Shown in pieces: positions 26,722 through 30,084 of a stretch of DNA of 30,084 nucleotides (positions are counted from its first letter, which is position 1; every line of letters begins with the position of its first letter). A model generated the notes under the pieces. It was not told the origin of the DNA. It saw only the letters and a program-made list of their open reading frames with translations, and made no database searches. The translations under genes and the position numbers were made by a program. Source of the DNA: a virus (taxonomy: Duplodnaviria > Heunggongvirae > Uroviricota > Caudoviricetes); the IMG/VR virus record IMGVR_UViG_3300036945_000956. The stretch is one strand, 5' to 3'.

Positions 26722-28848
26722 TTACTCCTTTGACATGATATTATTTATATCAGTTTTGATTGAATCAATTTCATTTTTAACATCTTTTAAAGCCTCAATA
26801 ATAAGACCCATCAAGTTTGCATATGCAACTGATTTGATCCCATCTTTATCTTCAGTAACTGCTTCAGGAATTACAACTTCAACTTCTTGTGCAATCAAAC
26901 CAATTTTGCGTTCTAGATAACCAATTTTATTAAAATATACACCACGCATAGACGTTACTTTATCAAGAGCATTACTGACAGTAATTACATTCTCTTTTAG
27001 TCGAGCATCAGAGTTTGATGTAATATCGCCACCGGCGGTAAAGTTACCTGTTGGAATATCAAATGTAAAACGATCTACAGCAGTCCCTGTTGTGTCTCTA
27101 TAAACAATTTGACCAGCTGATGAAATGTCTGTGTAAAAGTTACCAGTTCCATTTTGAATTTGTAAATGAGAACCTGTATGACGAATATTAGAATCATTAT
27201 CAGTGCCAAGATTAAACTGATCACTATCATTAGTTTTAAGACCAGCATCAAAAATAACTTGTCCTGTGAAAGTAGCACCAGAAGTATTAGCTTTTCCACT
27301 TAATGTTGTCTCAATATTAACACCTGCAATTGATAGTGTACTAAAATTACCAGTGTTTGCAGTAGTGGAACCTATTGCTGTCCCGTTAATTGTTCCGCCA
27401 GTGATGGTTACAGAAGCCAATATTCCAACAGAAGTTAAACTAGAACTTACAATACCTGCACCCAAAGTGGTACCATTTAAAACTGAAGTACCATTAATCT
27501 TATATGACTTACCAGTTAATAGATTTAAATCTTCAGATGATGTCCATGCGTTTGTTGCACTTATCCAATTAAATGTTTTGTCAGTTGCACCTTTAAGTGT
27601 AATACCACCACCATCAGCAGTAATATCGGTTGGTGTAACAACAGAACCCAATTCAATATTTTTATCATCAATACTTAAAGTGGTAGAATTAATAGTTGTA
27701 GTAGTGCCATTGATTGTTAAATTACCAGTGACAATCATGTTGCCACCGATTGCTGTATTACCATTTAAAGTGACATCTGATAATATTGGTGATGTTCCAA
27801 ATACAAGTAAACCAGATCCTGTTTCATCTGAAATAACACCGGCAAGTTGTGCTGATGTTGTAGCAGCAAATTGTGCCAAGTTACCAGTTGTTGCAAGTGT
27901 GCCAGAAACTGGTAATGTTACATTGGTAGCACCGGTTTGAGTCAATGTTAAAGCAAAGTTACCAGCAGTTGTAAGACTATTTGCCGTAGCAATATTTCCA
28001 CCAACAGCAATTGTTTTAGAATTAGCAATTAATGACCCAACAGTTGCTGTGCCAGTAATAGTAACATTTGAACTAAATAGTGTATTTGCATTGACATCTA
28101 ATCTATCAGTACTTGCATTACCAATTGTTGTGTTACCTTGTGAATCAAATAATGAATATACTGTTGATGTATTAGCTAATGCTGTATTAACACTGAAACT
28201 TACATTTGAGGCTAGTGATGTCGTACCAGTTACAATAAGATTGGCAACTGAAAGAGTACCACTTATATCAGTATTTGTACCGGTTAGTATCACATTAGCA
28301 GTAAATGTTGATGCTGCAATTACATTTAACTTATCAGCACCTGCATCACCAATAGTGGTATTAGCACCTACAATTGTTACATTAGAACTAAAGATTGAAT
28401 TCGAATTAACAAAAAATGTACCGGTATTTACGGTTGTATTAGCAGTATCAATCCGAATAGTTTTACCAACACCACCATTCAATGTAATATTGGATGAAGC
28501 ATTAAAATTATTTGCACTAACTGTAACACTATTGGCGGCAGTAATATCAACATTACCAGTAGTAGTAAATAAAGCATTTGAGGTGATTGTTAAGTTATTT
28601 GGCGTGGTAACAGTACCACCGCGTAATGCAGAACTTACAGCAATTGTGTTAGCAGTGACAACACCTTGAATTGCTAGGTTACCTGTAGTTAATCCGGCGT
28701 TTGTGGTATTTGGTTCAGCACCAGTTGCTGTGGTAACCGTAACCACAATTCTTCCCATGTCATCTCGAACTTGGTTTGTCTTATCAATCCAACCAGCAAA
28801 AGTGTCAGTTGTTATAACATTGGCACCTAGATATGTATTCTTTGACAT
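26722..28848 (-). CDS. Long tail fibre with C-terminal intramolecular chaperone (peptidase S74/ICA) domain
   Basis: N-terminal TDTFAGWIDKTN. C-terminal SDARLKENV..ALDKV..GLIAQEVE.VIPEAV..VAYANL plus a coiled coil. Confidence 0.85.
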   Translation of the reverse strand: MSKNTYLGANVITTDTFAGWIDKTNQVRDDMGRIVVTVTTATGAEPNTTNAGLTTGNLAIQGVVTANTIAVSSALRGGTVTTPNNLTITSNALFTTTGNVDITAANSVTVSANNFNASSNITLNGGVGKTIRIDTANTTVNTGTFFVNSNSIFSSNVTIVGANTTIGDAGADKLNVIAASTFTANVILTGTNTDISGTLSVANLIVTGTTSLASNVSFSVNTALANTSTVYSLFDSQGNTTIGNASTDRLDVNANTLFSSNVTITGTATVGSLIANSKTIAVGGNIATANSLTTAGNFALTLTQTGATNVTLPVSGTLATTGNLAQFAATTSAQLAGVISDETGSGLLVFGTSPILSDVTLNGNTAIGGNMIVTGNLTINGTTTTINSTTLSIDDKNIELGSVVTPTDITADGGGITLKGATDKTFNWISATNAWTSSEDLNLLTGKSYKINGTSVLNGTTLGAGIVSSSLTSVGILASVTITGGTINGTAIGSTTANTGNFSTLSIAGVNIETTLSGKANTSGATFTGQVIFDAGLKTNDSDQFNLGTDNDSNIRHTGSHLQIQNGTGNFYTDISSAGQIVYRDTTGTAVDRFTFDIPTGNFTAGGDITSNSDARLKENVITVSNALDKVTSMRGVYFNKIGYLERKIGLIAQEVEVVIPEAVTEDKDGIKSVAYANLMGLIIEALKDVKNEIDSIKTDINNIMSKE
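26742..26749 (-). promoter_or_regulatory. T4-type late promoter TATAAATA within the 3' end of the 708-aa gene
   Basis: Exact match 24 nt before the ATG at 26718. Confidence 0.75.
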
Positions 28849-28851
28849 TTA

Positions 28852-29058
28852 TTAATTACCTATCAGTTTGGTTAGAAGATTGAGAACGTCATCAAGTTTA
28901 ACATTTAAGTTTGTAACATTCTCTTCTAAACTATTTATCCTATTTTGTAAACTCTTTTTTAATCGGTAATCCTCTAAGGCTTGTTGATTTGAATTCAATA
29001 AAGCCCTAGAGTTTGGATCACGATTAAAGTTTGGATCATCGGTTGTTATTTTTATCAT
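28852..29058 (-). CDS. Small coiled-coil protein conserved after VrlC-like genes (likely start MIKIT at 29058)
   Basis: Motif PNFNRDPNSRALLN followed by a heptad helix. The 29058 ATG follows the upstream stop by 1 nt. Confidence 0.7.
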   Translation of the reverse strand: MIKITTDDPNFNRDPNSRALLNSNQQALEDYRLKKSLQNRINSLEENVTNLNVKLDDVLNLLTKLIGN

Positions 29059-29059
29059 G

Positions 29060-30084
29060 TTAGGTAAGTGCAATTGCTCTTAGATCTTTTACCTTTGGAA
29101 CACTAGAATAATCTGTAGCCAAGAATACAATCTTAATTGCATATTGCTTATAACCAGTATATACAGCTCCTGCAGGATCTTTATATGTTAGTGTATTACT
29201 ATTTGCTATATTGAGTGCAGCACCACCACCATTTGTTAATGATGCATCTGTTGCTACAGAAGGCATTACATACTGAAGTTCACGATAATCAAAGACATCG
29301 GCTGATGATGAAGTCAGATTTGATGAATCTTTTAATGTTAATTCTGTCCATTCAATCTCATCAAATAATCTTGGATCACTCTTATTCTTAAATCTTGAAT
29401 ATATCTCAATTGTAGTTCCAGCTGGTCTATAAGCAGTTAGATATACCGTAAGATCATCAGCATCTAGATTTTCAGCAAGTGTTGTAGGCAATGTAATATA
29501 CTTACTTAATGCATTACCACCAAGTGCTTTGGTCTCATTTGTTGAATCATTGTTTACCAGATATTCAATCACATTTATTGTCGATGCACCAAAGTCAATA
29601 ATTGGTGTTGAATCATATGGTGCGGTAGTTTGACTATTACTTAATGATGCTTTAATTCTAAAACCACGATCGGCTGGCAATAATGATTTACTAGAGATTG
29701 TTGCAGGGTTCTTATTGAACAAGTTATCATCATCTATTGATAAAGGTTGATTTGTTGCAATATTTGTAATACCGGTTGAATCTCTAATAATACTTACTTC
29801 ATATTTTGAATCAGTATATAGATAATTTGAATCAACAATGTTAGCTTGAATTGAACTTACCTTAAGTGCATTAACTGTAGTAATAGTTGCGGTTGCTTGT
29901 GATTTGGTACCTCTAATTATGTCATTATTTGCAAACAAATATGAAGCAGATGCAGATGAATTAGTCAGATGTAAAATTGTTTTACTTGTATCTTGATATG
30001 ATACTTCACCAACAACTGTTTTAAAAATATTAGCAGAGGTGTTAGCATATTTTGGTAGTCTGTCAACAACAATTTTAGTAGTAT
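29060..30084 (-). CDS. VrlC/DUF4815-like large baseplate/structural protein, C-terminal part
   Basis: Frame checked open to the right edge. C-terminal YKQYAIKIVF..VPKVKDLRAIAL and YITLPTTL motifs. Confidence 0.75.
   Translation of the reverse strand, partial: TTKIVVDRLPKYANTSANIFKTVVGEVSYQDTSKTILHLTNSSASASYLFANNDIIRGTKSQATATITTVNALKVSSIQANIVDSNYLYTDSKYEVSIIRDSTGITNIATNQPLSIDDDNLFNKNPATISSKSLLPADRGFRIKASLSNSQTTAPYDSTPIIDFGASTINVIEYLVNNDSTNETKALGGNALSKYITLPTTLAENLDADDLTVYLTAYRPAGTTIEIYSRFKNKSDPRLFDEIEWTELTLKDSSNLTSSSADVFDYRELQYVMPSVATDASLTNGGGAALNIANSNTLTYKDPAGAVYTGYKQYAIKIVFLATDYSSVPKVKDLRAIALT

Noticed and set aside
45-28669. Plus-strand ORFs (for example 2299-2739, 14167-14505, 27266-27940, 28049-28669) and short alternative-frame minus ORFs
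   Set aside because: They lie fully antisense to or inside well-supported genes, show no recognisable motifs, and are the expected shadows of Thr/Asn/Gly-rich or biased coding sequence.
1-30084. Stop-codon reassignment
   Set aside because: Core genes are full-length in the standard code, and TAG (gp13, gp20) and TGA (several genes) act as stops.

Overview
A contiguous late (virion) module of a large T4-like myovirus, encoded entirely on the minus strand in the standard genetic code. In transcription order (right to left) it contains: the 3' end of a VrlC/DUF4815-like baseplate protein; about 18 kb of fibre, lectin-like and decoration genes, including a 708-aa fibre with a C-terminal intramolecular chaperone, two Mtd-N-type fibres, tandem LamG paralogues and an 840-aa multi-module spike; a translationally coupled enzyme cassette inside that island (cupin/2OG-like protein, KpsS/KpsC-like protein, 2OG-Fe(II) oxygenase, sulfotransferase, radical SAM/SPASM); an HNH/NUMOD3 endonuclease; gp13-14-15-16-17-18-19-20-67; a 421-aa modular internal-head-like protein; and two further small or partial genes. 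Six perfect T4 late promoters (TATAAATA) and a terminator after gp19 are visible. The most notable observations are (1) an endonuclease that starts with a diverged duplicate of the first 16 codons of gp13 and sits on what look like gp13's promoter and RBS, (2) a putative internal-head polyprotein with a capsid-targeting-like N-terminus and exact nucleotide-repeat linkers encoding gp21-type cleavage sites, and (3) the late enzyme cassette. All family calls come from motif recognition and synteny, not database searches. No tRNA, rRNA, CRISPR array or reverse transcriptase was seen.
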